From Candidatus Heimdallarchaeota archaeon (GTDB lineage: Archaea > Asgardarchaeota > Heimdallarchaeia > Hodarchaeales > Hodarchaeaceae), in contig JBHLSH010000043.1 in the NCBI GenBank assembly GCA_048881705.1, positions 1 to 20,894 on the forward strand: a DNA stretch of 20,894 nt. Direction: 5' to 3'. The notes under the pieces were generated by a model. It searched no databases, was not told the origin of the DNA, and saw only the letters and a program-made list of their open reading frames with translations. Each line of letters opens with the position of its first letter. The stretch's first letter is position 1. The position numbers and the translations under genes were made by a program. Of the stretch, positions 1-8,007 are shown in pieces.

Positions 1-851
1 GTTGCTGTAATAATGCCAGCACAATGGGTTCCATGTGAATGATCATCCATAGGGTCGGTATCATCATTCACATAGTCATATCCCCCAGTGACGTACTGAT
101 CTACTAGGTCGGGATGATTATAATCAATACCCGTGTCAATGACTGCGACCAAAATCGAAGAGGGATCTCCGATCTGAATGTCCCAGGCCAAATCTGCTTG
201 GATAATCTGGGGCCCATACTGGAGATTCCAATCGGGATCTGTGCTAATGGCAGAGACCGAGGTTATTTGATCGATCTCAGTATACCTAACGGGAGCTAAG
301 TTTTGCCAATACTCTTGAAACATGGTTAAAGACGAAATCGGAACTTCTACTACGATTGCATTCAGCTCTTTTAATTCTCGTATGAACTCTGCGTTCGTAT
401 TGGCTAAATGGGAGTCATAACTGCTTTGACTGAATTCATAAAACAGATGGAATCCAACTGTCACCCGCAGCTTGCCATCCGTGACTTTAATCAATTTTTC
501 TCCGTCTTGTGTCGAAATGGAAAGCCCCGAATCCTCGGAAATGGACTTTAAGGATTGAATAATGCTCCCGTCCTCCAATACTGTTTTTGTTGGGCTTTTT
601 GCAGGTTGGAGTGGTTTATTATCAAATCGACTTCCTGATTCATATGGAAAAGATGAATCAAACGGATTCAATCCGGAACTCGGATTATTGTCAGGGGGTA
701 TGGGAGCTAGAAGGGGAGTCGTCATTCCACCTTCAGTGCCCGTAGATGCAAGATTATTTTCACCGAACGGATTATTAAGCAGAATTATATTGATAAAAAA
801 GGATGATCCAATTAAGAGGATGATCACTGGAGCTGGAATTTTTTTGATCAG
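1..851 (-). CDS. S8 family subtilisin-like serine protease, N-terminal part (continues past the left edge; absent from the ORF track)
   Basis: Manual translation of the minus strand is open from 875 to <1: LIKKIPAPVIILLIGSSFFINIILL (signal/TM), a P/S/N-rich linker, an I9-like prodomain (LRVTVGF...FIRELKELNAIVVEV...VRYTEID), then DPDWNLQYGPQIIQADLAW, ILVAVIDTGIDYNHPDL (catalytic Asp codon 137..135) and DDHSHGTHCAGII (catalytic His). The start is uncertain: CTG at 851 (AAGGGA 6 nt upstream) or GTG at 827. Confidence 0.95.
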   Translation of the reverse strand, partial: MIKKIPAPVIILLIGSSFFINIILLNNPFGENNLASTGTEGGMTTPLLAPIPPDNNPSSGLNPFDSSFPYESGSRFDNKPLQPAKSPTKTVLEDGSIIQSLKSISEDSGLSISTQDGEKLIKVTDGKLRVTVGFHLFYEFSQSSYDSHLANTNAEFIRELKELNAIVVEVPISSLTMFQEYWQNLAPVRYTEIDQITSVSAISTDPDWNLQYGPQIIQADLAWDIQIGDPSSILVAVIDTGIDYNHPDLVDQYVTGGYDYVNDDTDPMDDHSHGTHCAGIITA

Positions 852-951
852 AAAAAGTCCCTTCTTTTCACCTATTCAACATAAAATTCGTTTAAAGTCG
901 CTGGCTACAGTTTTAGATAACCTGTCGAGGAAACCATTCCCGTCCCTAACT

Positions 952-958
952 TTTTATA
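952..958 (-). promoter_or_regulatory. Candidate archaeal TATA box (TATAAAA) for the left subtilase
   Basis: Minus strand reads GGTTAGATATAAAAAG about 100 nt upstream of the probable start. Confidence 0.4.
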
Positions 959-1133
959 TCTAACCTTATTAGAACAGCCCCCAAAAACGGAGTACCTGGT
1001 AACAAACCATAGGATTTTCGCAAGAACATTTGGAATCGCATGATGAGAGATCTAATCCAAGGACAGTCCATTTTTCCGTGATCTACTGCACTTCAGGAAT
1101 AAATGGGGAGCTTCTTTCTATCGCCGCTGGAGC

Positions 1134-1161
1134 AAAAAAACCTATACAGCCAAGGCTGTAT
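1134..1161 (-). terminator. Hairpin plus T7 tract, intrinsic-terminator-like on the minus strand
   Basis: Perfect 7-bp inverted repeat ATACAGC-CAAG-GCTGTAT (1144-1161) next to A7 (1134-1140). On the minus strand this is a stem-loop followed 3 nt later by TTTTTTT. Confidence 0.35.
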
Positions 1162-1398
1162 GCAAATGGATCGACTCTGATCTGGAATTCTTCCCCCCAA
1201 CTGGATTGCATTCGTTCCCTCCTTTTTCCTAACGCTGCTAGCGATCTTTCGTCGTTATCACCCGTGCCTCTTATATCTTCTCAAAAACGGCTCCTAAAGT
1301 TGATATCCCAAACTTTTGAGACACGCATGTTGATATATGAAAATGCTAATCTCACTCCAACGCTAACGTGCCTTACTTACGGTGAAATAGTGAGACAA

Positions 1399-2412
1399 AT
1401 GGAAGATGCAGGTAAAATGAAAGCAGCTATATGTCCCAAATATGGCCCGCCCGAGGTTCTGGAACTGGCCGAATTAGAAACACCCCAACCCAATGATAAC
1501 GAGGTTTTAATCCGAAATTATGGATCATCAATCAACACGATAGATGTCAGTACTCGTGGGGGAAAGGCGCCCCAAGCTATCTTCGGCGGGGCTAGGCAGT
1601 TGATAGGCGTACTGTTACGATTTTCTTACGGAGGTCTCAGAAGGCCCAAACAGAGAATTTTAGGGAGTGGGTTTGCCGGTAAAATCGAAAAGTTCGGGAG
1701 AAACGTCGAAGATTGGCAAGTGGGCGACACGGTCTATGGATATTATGAGGCCGCTTGTGCGGAATATTTGACTGTCCCTGCGGATAAGTTGGCACAAAAA
1801 CCTGCAAATTTGAGTTTTCACGAGGCCGCTGCGGTACCTGGTGGAGCCTCGCCTGCCCTTGCAGCATTTCGAGATGTAGCTCGACCTAAGAAAGGCCAAA
1901 AAGTCCTGATAATTGGCGCTTCGGGCGGCATCGGTACCTTTGGAGTCCAAATCGCCAAGCATGTCTATGGCGCTGAAGTCACCGGGGTATGCGGGCCAAC
2001 AAATCTCGGCATGGTAAGGTCAATTGGCGCCGATTTTGCAATAGATTATACCCAGGAGGATTATTCCAAGAATGACCAGCAATATGATATCATTTTCGAT
2101 GCCATCGGGGCGAATACCCTCTCGAAGTGTAAGAATATTCTCGCGGATGAGGGAGTCTACGTTACTAATAATCCGATGACTAGCCCAAGAACGCTTTTAA
2201 ATTTGATGACCAACCCGTTTCGGAAAAAGAAATTGAAATCATGCATGGCTGATGAGAGTGCGGAGGCTTTGGAGTTACTAAGAGACTGGATTGAGGCTGG
2301 CAAAGTTATGCCCGTTATAGATACGGTGTATCCGCTTAGCCAAACTGCGGAGGCCCATAGACATTACGAGACTGGGCATGCAAAAGGACGCATTGTGATC
2401 AGTATAGAGTGA
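1399..2412 (+). CDS. NAD(P)-dependent quinone oxidoreductase / zinc-type alcohol dehydrogenase-like protein (MDR superfamily, RTN4IP1-like)
   Basis: GroES-like start MKAAICPKYGPPEVLEL...P.P.DNEVLIR, Rossmann motif VLIIGASGGIGTFGVQIAK and C-terminal HYETGHAKGRIVI. No structural-Zn cysteine cluster. True start is probably ATG 1399 or 1417 (GGTGA at 1381-1385), not TTG 1030. Confidence 0.93.
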   Translation: MEDAGKMKAAICPKYGPPEVLELAELETPQPNDNEVLIRNYGSSINTIDVSTRGGKAPQAIFGGARQLIGVLLRFSYGGLRRPKQRILGSGFAGKIEKFGRNVEDWQVGDTVYGYYEAACAEYLTVPADKLAQKPANLSFHEAAAVPGGASPALAAFRDVARPKKGQKVLIIGASGGIGTFGVQIAKHVYGAEVTGVCGPTNLGMVRSIGADFAIDYTQEDYSKNDQQYDIIFDAIGANTLSKCKNILADEGVYVTNNPMTSPRTLLNLMTNPFRKKKLKSCMADESAEALELLRDWIEAGKVMPVIDTVYPLSQTAEAHRHYETGHAKGRIVISIE

Positions 2413-2545
2413 ATAGGGCTTTTCACGTGAGAATACTTGTAAAATCTTCCTCCTCCTAATCTTGTTTCATGATTGGGTTCTTCTTTTCAACCAAAGGTGC
2501 TAGGAAAACCCCTTCACCTTTAGATATCATTTCCCTGTATAACCA

Positions 2546-3133
2546 CTAAACCTGATTCAACTTCTTCCTATTATATAGAATCCCTAGGATGAAGAGGAGG
2601 AACATGACGAATGCCCCTACAAAACTTAACATGGATACATGATCATCTGGAAAACCCAAGAGAACAACAGGGGCCTCTTCAAAAATAATCCAGGCAGGGT
2701 TGTTTGTATTACTGGCAATGTGTATTCTCAAGCCAAAATTGCCTGATTGAGGAATAAAAAATGACACATTTTTATCGTGGCGGCGAGTAGTGAATGGGGA
2801 GGACAGCGAGGGATAGTTACTGAGGTATTCCGAGATAATTTCAAGGTTATCTTCGGTGAACACCGTACACCATACACGTATGTCTCTTTTTGAGTTTGTT
2901 TTCAGAAAAAATCGATAATAATGTCCTTTTTCTAATCTTACAGAGTAAGTTATTGTTTCATCCGTATTGATTTCGTGTTGAAGGATCGGAGATCCCGTGT
3001 TAATCATTATCACAAACCATAGGATTCCATTGAAGAGGAAAATGAATGTAAGAACGAAACTGGATCGTTCGATTTTTCCCAATTTCTTCCAAATCTGAGG
3101 AAAAGTGGTGAGCTGAGACACAGGGAGTCTCAT
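2546..3133 (-). CDS. Hypothetical membrane protein (TM - beta-rich extracytoplasmic domain - TM)
   Basis: Hydrophobic segments FVLTFIFLFNGILWFVIMI and MLSFVGAFVMFLLFILGILY flank an alternating beta-strand region (ITYSVRLEKGHYYRFFLK, NVSFFIPQSGNFGLRIHI) that resembles a PPC/jelly-roll fold. Minus-strand TATA TTTAATA at 3166-3160 suggests a leaderless start. Confidence 0.75.
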   Translation of the reverse strand: MRLPVSQLTTFPQIWKKLGKIERSSFVLTFIFLFNGILWFVIMINTGSPILQHEINTDETITYSVRLEKGHYYRFFLKTNSKRDIRVWCTVFTEDNLEIISEYLSNYPSLSSPFTTRRHDKNVSFFIPQSGNFGLRIHIASNTNNPAWIIFEEAPVVLLGFPDDHVSMLSFVGAFVMFLLFILGILYNRKKLNQV

Positions 3134-3394
3134 CTATTTAAAATCCCACTGTTTGTTTTTATTAAATTTTCTCAATACGGAACAATTCCCGTTCTTCTGA
3201 CTTGAAAGTTAATACAGGACATGTCTTAACAGGATTACAGGCATTTTATACTGTATGAAGATCTAGAATGAGACAGTTTTCCGATTACATGCCATAGATT
3301 GCATCCTGTAATTCCCTCTATTTTGTACATTCCTGCTTCCCATTCAAACTAACAGAAGGTCCGCCCTGGTTTCCCTTCCTACTGCCTCCTTGTC

Positions 3395-3934
3395 CTACTT
3401 GTAGATCTGTAGAAACTTATATTTTTCTGGATTTTCTTCCTTTATCGCGTTTGCAGCACGTTTAATATCAATTTTAAGTATGGGTTCTAATTGCTCCCCT
3501 AGTTCCTTTGGATCCTTTAATTTCTTTGTTACACTGTAAAGTGTTTTCCATAGGTGGTCTTCAACCAAATTGACCGCTTCTTTATAATTTATTTTAATCA
3601 ATGGGTCTAAAACTTCTCTGAAGGTATCTTTATCTTCTTTTTTGCTTAGAGAGAAACTCAATAACCTCCATATATGATCTTTGACCCGTCGCCCTTCAAT
3701 TTGGACTGCAGGTTCCAACAGGGATCTCAATTCATCGGGGTCTTGTATTTCCTTTATTGAATTATAGAATTTCGACCAAAACTGAGCCTCAACTAGTTTC
3801 ATTGCCTTTTCTGGTCTTAGCTGAAATATTGGTTCATATATTTCCCTATAAGTCTCCACATCACCGACCTCACCAATCTTTTCGCATACCATCATCCAGA
3901 AATGCTTTTTGATTTTATCCTGATACTCTCCCAT
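3395..3934 (-). CDS. Hypothetical alpha-helical tandem-repeat protein (4 repeats of 36-40 aa)
   Basis: In track numbering W28/W68/W104/W144 are each followed by D at +12 and P at +22. Start placed at ATG 3934, preceded by AGGTGA, rather than 3979. Confidence 0.85.
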   Translation of the reverse strand: MGEYQDKIKKHFWMMVCEKIGEVGDVETYREIYEPIFQLRPEKAMKLVEAQFWSKFYNSIKEIQDPDELRSLLEPAVQIEGRRVKDHIWRLLSFSLSKKEDKDTFREVLDPLIKINYKEAVNLVEDHLWKTLYSVTKKLKDPKELGEQLEPILKIDIKRAANAIKEENPEKYKFLQIYK

Positions 3935-3982
3935 AACATCACCTGCTAGAATCTCTTTGTATGGGGGTGTTTTGATCATCTG

Positions 3983-3990
3983 TTATAAAA
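3983..3990. promoter_or_regulatory. Candidate TATA box (TTATAAAA) between divergent genes
   Basis: AT-rich TATA-like element in the 130-nt gap between the divergent repeat-protein (3934) and GNAT (4065) starts. Confidence 0.35.
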
Positions 3991-4064
3991 AATGATATTT
4001 GAATCCTCCCCAGTTCTATCCTCATTTTGTGTATTCTCGGCATAGAAAAGGTAAGTTGGAATTT

Positions 4065-4502
4065 ATGATAAAATTACGCCCCGCATTACCCACAGATTTC
4101 GATTTTCTTTATCTTCTCAAGAAAAAAACCTTAAAAAAATATATTGAAGCCACCTGGGGTTGGGATGAAGAATTCCAATATGCTTATCATCAACGGAATT
4201 TTGATCCCTCCAAAATCTCGATTATTCAAGATGATGATAACGATATAGGTTGTCTTTTCATTTTCGAAGATTCTCAAAGGATCTTTTTGGAAGTTATTGA
4301 AATTGCTCCCGAATATCAGAATCAAGGGATAGGCAGGCGACTCATTCAAGATCTGATTTTGCGTGGAAGAGGCTCTGGGAAAAATGTTGAACTTCAGGTG
4401 CTCAAAGTAAACCACCGAGCTCAGAAGCTCTACGCTGCACTAGGATTCCAGTTGGCAGGTGAATCGAAAACACACTTTCACCTGGTGTTTAAGGTTAGAT
4501 AA
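4065..4502 (+). CDS. GNAT family N-acetyltransferase
   Basis: Starts MIKLRPALPTDFDFLY; acetyl-CoA motif A IEIAPEYQNQGIGRRLI; C-terminal LQVLKVNHRAQKLYAALGF. Start moved from TTG 3999 to ATG 4065. Confidence 0.95.
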   Translation: MIKLRPALPTDFDFLYLLKKKTLKKYIEATWGWDEEFQYAYHQRNFDPSKISIIQDDDNDIGCLFIFEDSQRIFLEVIEIAPEYQNQGIGRRLIQDLILRGRGSGKNVELQVLKVNHRAQKLYAALGFQLAGESKTHFHLVFKVR

Positions 4503-4567
4503 ATAACCTTAAGACATCAGATATTTAGCTATTTTTTGGACTCTGAATACCATTGGAGGTTTTACTA

Positions 4568-4918
4568 ATGACTTCAGAAATCGAAAATAATCAGATGGAA
4601 CCGGCTAATTCGTCATCATTTAACCTTAGCTTGATAGATGGGGTGCTGTTGGGATTAGCTTTTTATATTATTTTAGCAATATTACCTCAATGGTTCCCTG
4701 GATTACCGCGATACTCTTCCCTTTTTGCGGGTGATTTTTCAGTAGTTCTTTTCGAAGTTTTTTCCTTGGTCACTATTTTCAAGCTGTACGGGAGCCTGAG
4801 GGATGTTCATCAAGACCTGTTACTTGCAAAACGGTCAATTCTTCAATTGAATAAAGACCTGGCAGCAATCATGGACAGGAAAACACAAAGAAATTTTTCG
4901 AAAGAAAACGAGGGGTGA
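4568..4918 (+). CDS. Hypothetical small membrane protein (2 TM plus C-terminal coiled-coil-like helix)
   Basis: GGAGGT RBS at 4555-4560 precedes ATG 4568. Hydrophobic segments LIDGVLLGLAFYIILAIL and FSVVLFEVFSLVTIF, then heptad-like VHQDLLLAKRSILQLNKDLAAI. Confidence 0.75.
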   Translation: MTSEIENNQMEPANSSSFNLSLIDGVLLGLAFYIILAILPQWFPGLPRYSSLFAGDFSVVLFEVFSLVTIFKLYGSLRDVHQDLLLAKRSILQLNKDLAAIMDRKTQRNFSKENEG

Positions 4919-5044
4919 AAGTTATTTCTTGGTCGTATAAGTCATATCCCATTCAACTTGAAAGGAATTAGCCGCAGTCAGTTATCTAATGGTAGTTTAT
5001 ACATCATCCATATGGCAATTAGGGATCCTACATTTTTCCATCAT

Positions 5045-5052
5045 TTTAAATA
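5045..5052 (+). promoter_or_regulatory. Archaeal TATA box TTTAAATA upstream of the beta-helix/TM gene
   Basis: Consensus TTTAAATA ends 27 nt before the TTG at 5080, consistent with a leaderless or short-leader transcript. Confidence 0.55.
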
Positions 5053-5079
5053 CTCGTTTGTTTTTCTGTTCATAGCAGT

Positions 5080-6912
5080 TTGAAAGGATGGGCGAAGGTA
5101 TTGAGTACGAGGAAGTTGGGAATCGTCCTTTTTAGCCTTTTACTAGTTGTACCTGTGTTCTCTGTTACCCAGTTTGAAATAAAACGTATGATCCCGCGTA
5201 TAACAAACCATGTTGATCCCAAGAGAACTGCTGTTTCTTCAACAGACATGACTTCATTGAAGACCAGTGATTATACTCCTCATGAACCCATTGTCGTATC
5301 CAATGACGCGGAACTGGCAACTATCTCGAATCGAGGCTCAGGCACGATTGATGATCCGTTTATTTTGGAAGGATGGCACATTACTACCCAAGGGAAGATT
5401 CATGGGATCCATGTTCACGACACTACAAAATTCTTTCTGATTCGTAACAACTGGATAGAAGGCGGTAGTTCCACAGAAGCCTATGGTATTTTCATATACG
5501 CCGCCTCTCCAGGGACTGTCACTATCACAAATAACACAGTTCAACATTGTTGGGCGGGTATTGTTGTTGTCGCAGCAAACTTCACTAAGATCCTCTATAA
5601 TACTGTCCAATTCAATGGAGCTTCTGGGATCGCAGTCGAAGGTGCATTTCTTTGGAATGGAACCTATGCAGCTCCTGATTATTGTCTCATTGCTAATAAC
5701 ATAGTAAGCCAAAATTTTCATATTGGAATCTCTGTCAAATTTGTAATAAACAGTTCGATCAGCCAGAACCTGATTGCAGATAATGCCGAGTGGGGATTAT
5801 ATTTCGAGCGTAGCCAACGTTTGCACATCGCGGCTAATTCCTTTATCAATAACAAGCAGCATGTCCAATTCTACTATGATATTTGGTTTGGTAGTTCTAC
5901 GGGGTACATCGAATATACAACAAAATCCTTCCTTGCCAATTATTGGTCAGACTATAGGGGTACAGGCAATTATACCATATGGCAGTCCGAGGGGGTCACC
6001 ATCATTGACCAATTTCCCTTAACTACCCCCCCGCATCATTACGTTTCCCCTCCCATACATTTGTTTGAATTTTTCTTGCTTTTCTTCTTCCTCCTCTGTG
6101 TAGGTGCATTAAGTGTGACAATTCTCTTGGTTACTCTACCCCAAGCGGTTACCACCAAGGAAGCTTTGAAAGATTTATACGTACCCCTCATAAGAATAGG
6201 CTTATTCTTTTTGGTCATCCAAAACACACTTGTCGTGGCTTTCGCCCTCTCTTTTCATGGCATGCCAACTTTCCAAGAACTCGGTCTCATTTCCTTCCTC
6301 GTTTTTCACTTGGATCTTCTGGGGCTGTCATTAGTTGGCATCGGTTATGTGGGCCAATCAACCCTAAAAACAGAGGGAAACTCATGGCATCTTTATGGGG
6401 GCTTGGCATTAATTGGATGGGCAGTCACCCGTGTAATTACGCAATATGTGATTCCTTTTGGTTTAGGTCTTCACGAATATCAACAACCATTAGATTACCA
6501 AACCTTTGCCTTTTACCTGGTCTACAGAGCCATTTATGAAATGTATTACAGGCCCTCCTACCCCGAATCTGGAGGCACCTGGTCAGGCTTATTCCGAAAC
6601 ACCATTGACTTTCCTCCCCTTATCCTTATTCTATCGTTTCTTCTAGCCGCCATTCTCCTATTTCTAGGCGCCCACTACCTTCAATTTACCCACAAGAACA
6701 AAGGCCTCAGGCTATTCAAATGGTATACTCTGCTGAACTTATTCACGGTTTTCTTCCTTATATCCCTTTACTATCAGGAATTGAACTTGTTGGGTCGTCT
6801 TACTCATAATTATTTGACCATTCATTTAACACTTTTAATCAAGATCGTTGTACTCCCTATACTTGGTTTTATTACTTTTCTTCTCATGGGTATGCAACGA
6901 TCCCAACAGTAG
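5080..6912 (+). CDS. Right-handed parallel beta-helix (NosD/CASH-like) domain fused to a multi-pass membrane domain
   Basis: N-terminal signal/TM, the motif HEPIVVSND...GSGTIDDPFILEGWHI common in archaeal NosD-like proteins, PbH1-type repeats (TITNNTVQHCWAGIVV, IANNIVSQNFHIGISV, ISQNLIADNAEWGLYF, IAANSFINN) and an NYWSDY cap. About 7-8 hydrophobic helices follow from about aa 326. Confidence 0.85.
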   Translation: MKGWAKVLSTRKLGIVLFSLLLVVPVFSVTQFEIKRMIPRITNHVDPKRTAVSSTDMTSLKTSDYTPHEPIVVSNDAELATISNRGSGTIDDPFILEGWHITTQGKIHGIHVHDTTKFFLIRNNWIEGGSSTEAYGIFIYAASPGTVTITNNTVQHCWAGIVVVAANFTKILYNTVQFNGASGIAVEGAFLWNGTYAAPDYCLIANNIVSQNFHIGISVKFVINSSISQNLIADNAEWGLYFERSQRLHIAANSFINNKQHVQFYYDIWFGSSTGYIEYTTKSFLANYWSDYRGTGNYTIWQSEGVTIIDQFPLTTPPHHYVSPPIHLFEFFLLFFFLLCVGALSVTILLVTLPQAVTTKEALKDLYVPLIRIGLFFLVIQNTLVVAFALSFHGMPTFQELGLISFLVFHLDLLGLSLVGIGYVGQSTLKTEGNSWHLYGGLALIGWAVTRVITQYVIPFGLGLHEYQQPLDYQTFAFYLVYRAIYEMYYRPSYPESGGTWSGLFRNTIDFPPLILILSFLLAAILLFLGAHYLQFTHKNKGLRLFKWYTLLNLFTVFFLISLYYQELNLLGRLTHNYLTIHLTLLIKIVVLPILGFITFLLMGMQRSQQ

Positions 6913-6971
6913 TCCCTGGCCTCTGCTGCAGTCGTAGGTTTACTTATGATCCTCGTCCTAATTTTTGTCCA

Positions 6972-7748
6972 TCAATTAACCCCATAGGCTTCGTAATAAT
7001 CGAGGTTAATCAATTGGCACCCACAGGCCTCCACATTTGCCGTATAAAGATCCACGAAGAGCTGCTTCGTATCCGCAGTGAAATGGATGGGGATGAAGTA
7101 CCTGGGTTCAATCGTTTCAACCACTCTCACTACATCGATTTCGGTCATAGTTTGACATCCCGGCCCAAGCGGTAGGAAAACCAAGTCTATCTTCCCATTC
7201 AATTGCGAATATTCGTTAATATTCCAGGAATCCCCAGCGTGGAACATGGTAAAGCCATCCAGCTCAATGATATAACTCACATAATTACTCTCTTGAGGAT
7301 GACTCGATTCGTTAGATCCTGGCATAGTGTACATATAGAAACAGCTCACATTAAAATCGTCGCAAACAACAGCATCTTCGGGTTGAACTGACTCTGGAAC
7401 ATATTGGGCTGCCTGTTGGCTCATAATGGCGGGCACAAACAATCTTGTGGTCTCGCTTTTAATGATATCAATCGAAGAAGGATCATAATGATCCCCATGG
7501 TCGTGTGTAATGAAAATATAATCCGCTGGATAATTTGAATAATTGCTGGGTAAATCACAAGGATCAATATAGATCCTGGTGTCTTCTACTTCTATCATTA
7601 CCCCCGCATTATACAATAAGGTGACTGTGATTCTATCCGTTGGGACGTTAGGGGGATTGAGGACTATGGCCGTGATCACCACTCCCGAGGCCACGACAAT
7701 CGTTCCAATTATCGCAATAACTTTCAGATTTTTTTGAACAAAACTCAT
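6972..7748 (-). CDS. Membrane-anchored MBL-fold metallo-hydrolase (UlaG-like / Lactamase_B_2-3)
   Basis: N-terminal TM IAIIGTIVVASGVVITAIVL; motifs IYIDP, THDHGDH (HxHxDH), FHAGDS and IPIHF. Confidence 0.92.
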   Translation of the reverse strand: MSFVQKNLKVIAIIGTIVVASGVVITAIVLNPPNVPTDRITVTLLYNAGVMIEVEDTRIYIDPCDLPSNYSNYPADYIFITHDHGDHYDPSSIDIIKSETTRLFVPAIMSQQAAQYVPESVQPEDAVVCDDFNVSCFYMYTMPGSNESSHPQESNYVSYIIELDGFTMFHAGDSWNINEYSQLNGKIDLVFLPLGPGCQTMTEIDVVRVVETIEPRYFIPIHFTADTKQLFVDLYTANVEACGCQLINLDYYEAYGVN

Positions 7749-7772
7749 GCGGAAATGAAGGTTCTCACCGCC

Positions 7773-7790
7773 TAATAAACGAATTTCTTC
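7773..7790 (-). promoter_or_regulatory. BRE/TATA (GAAGAAATTCG-TTTATTA) for a leaderless MBL hydrolase transcript
   Basis: Minus-strand TTTATTA at 7779-7773 lies about 25 nt upstream of ATG 7748 and is preceded by a purine-rich BRE-like segment. Confidence 0.5.
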
Positions 7791-8007
7791 CTGCAGTCAA
7801 TAACACATTAAACATTGGATAAAATGTAAAAAGTATGTACCCGGGGTTCTTAGATTATTTCTGCATTGGATAATATTTGAACTCCTCGAGTTTTTCTGGA
7901 GGACACCCTCAGAGTGCTTGAACATTCTTGCTTAGATAAACATTCACTGATTTATCTTCACTCTGATCATTCCCCTTTTTTAAATCTGATTCCAAGGACA
8001 TTTTTTC

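Noticed and set aside
114-963. Plus-strand ORFs 114..299 and 562..963
   Set aside because: Antisense shadows of the minus-strand subtilase, which has clear catalytic motifs.
1030-1398. 123-codon N-terminal extension of the oxidoreductase in the ORF track
   Set aside because: TTG start with no RBS, non-protein-like sequence, and the family normally begins at MKAA. A GGTGA RBS at 1381 supports the downstream start.
3212-3312. Repeated ACAGG words and the inverted pair ATTACAGG / CCTGTAAT
   Set aside because: 8-bp match 63 nt apart in AT-rich DNA, within chance expectation, and no IS or MITE hallmarks.
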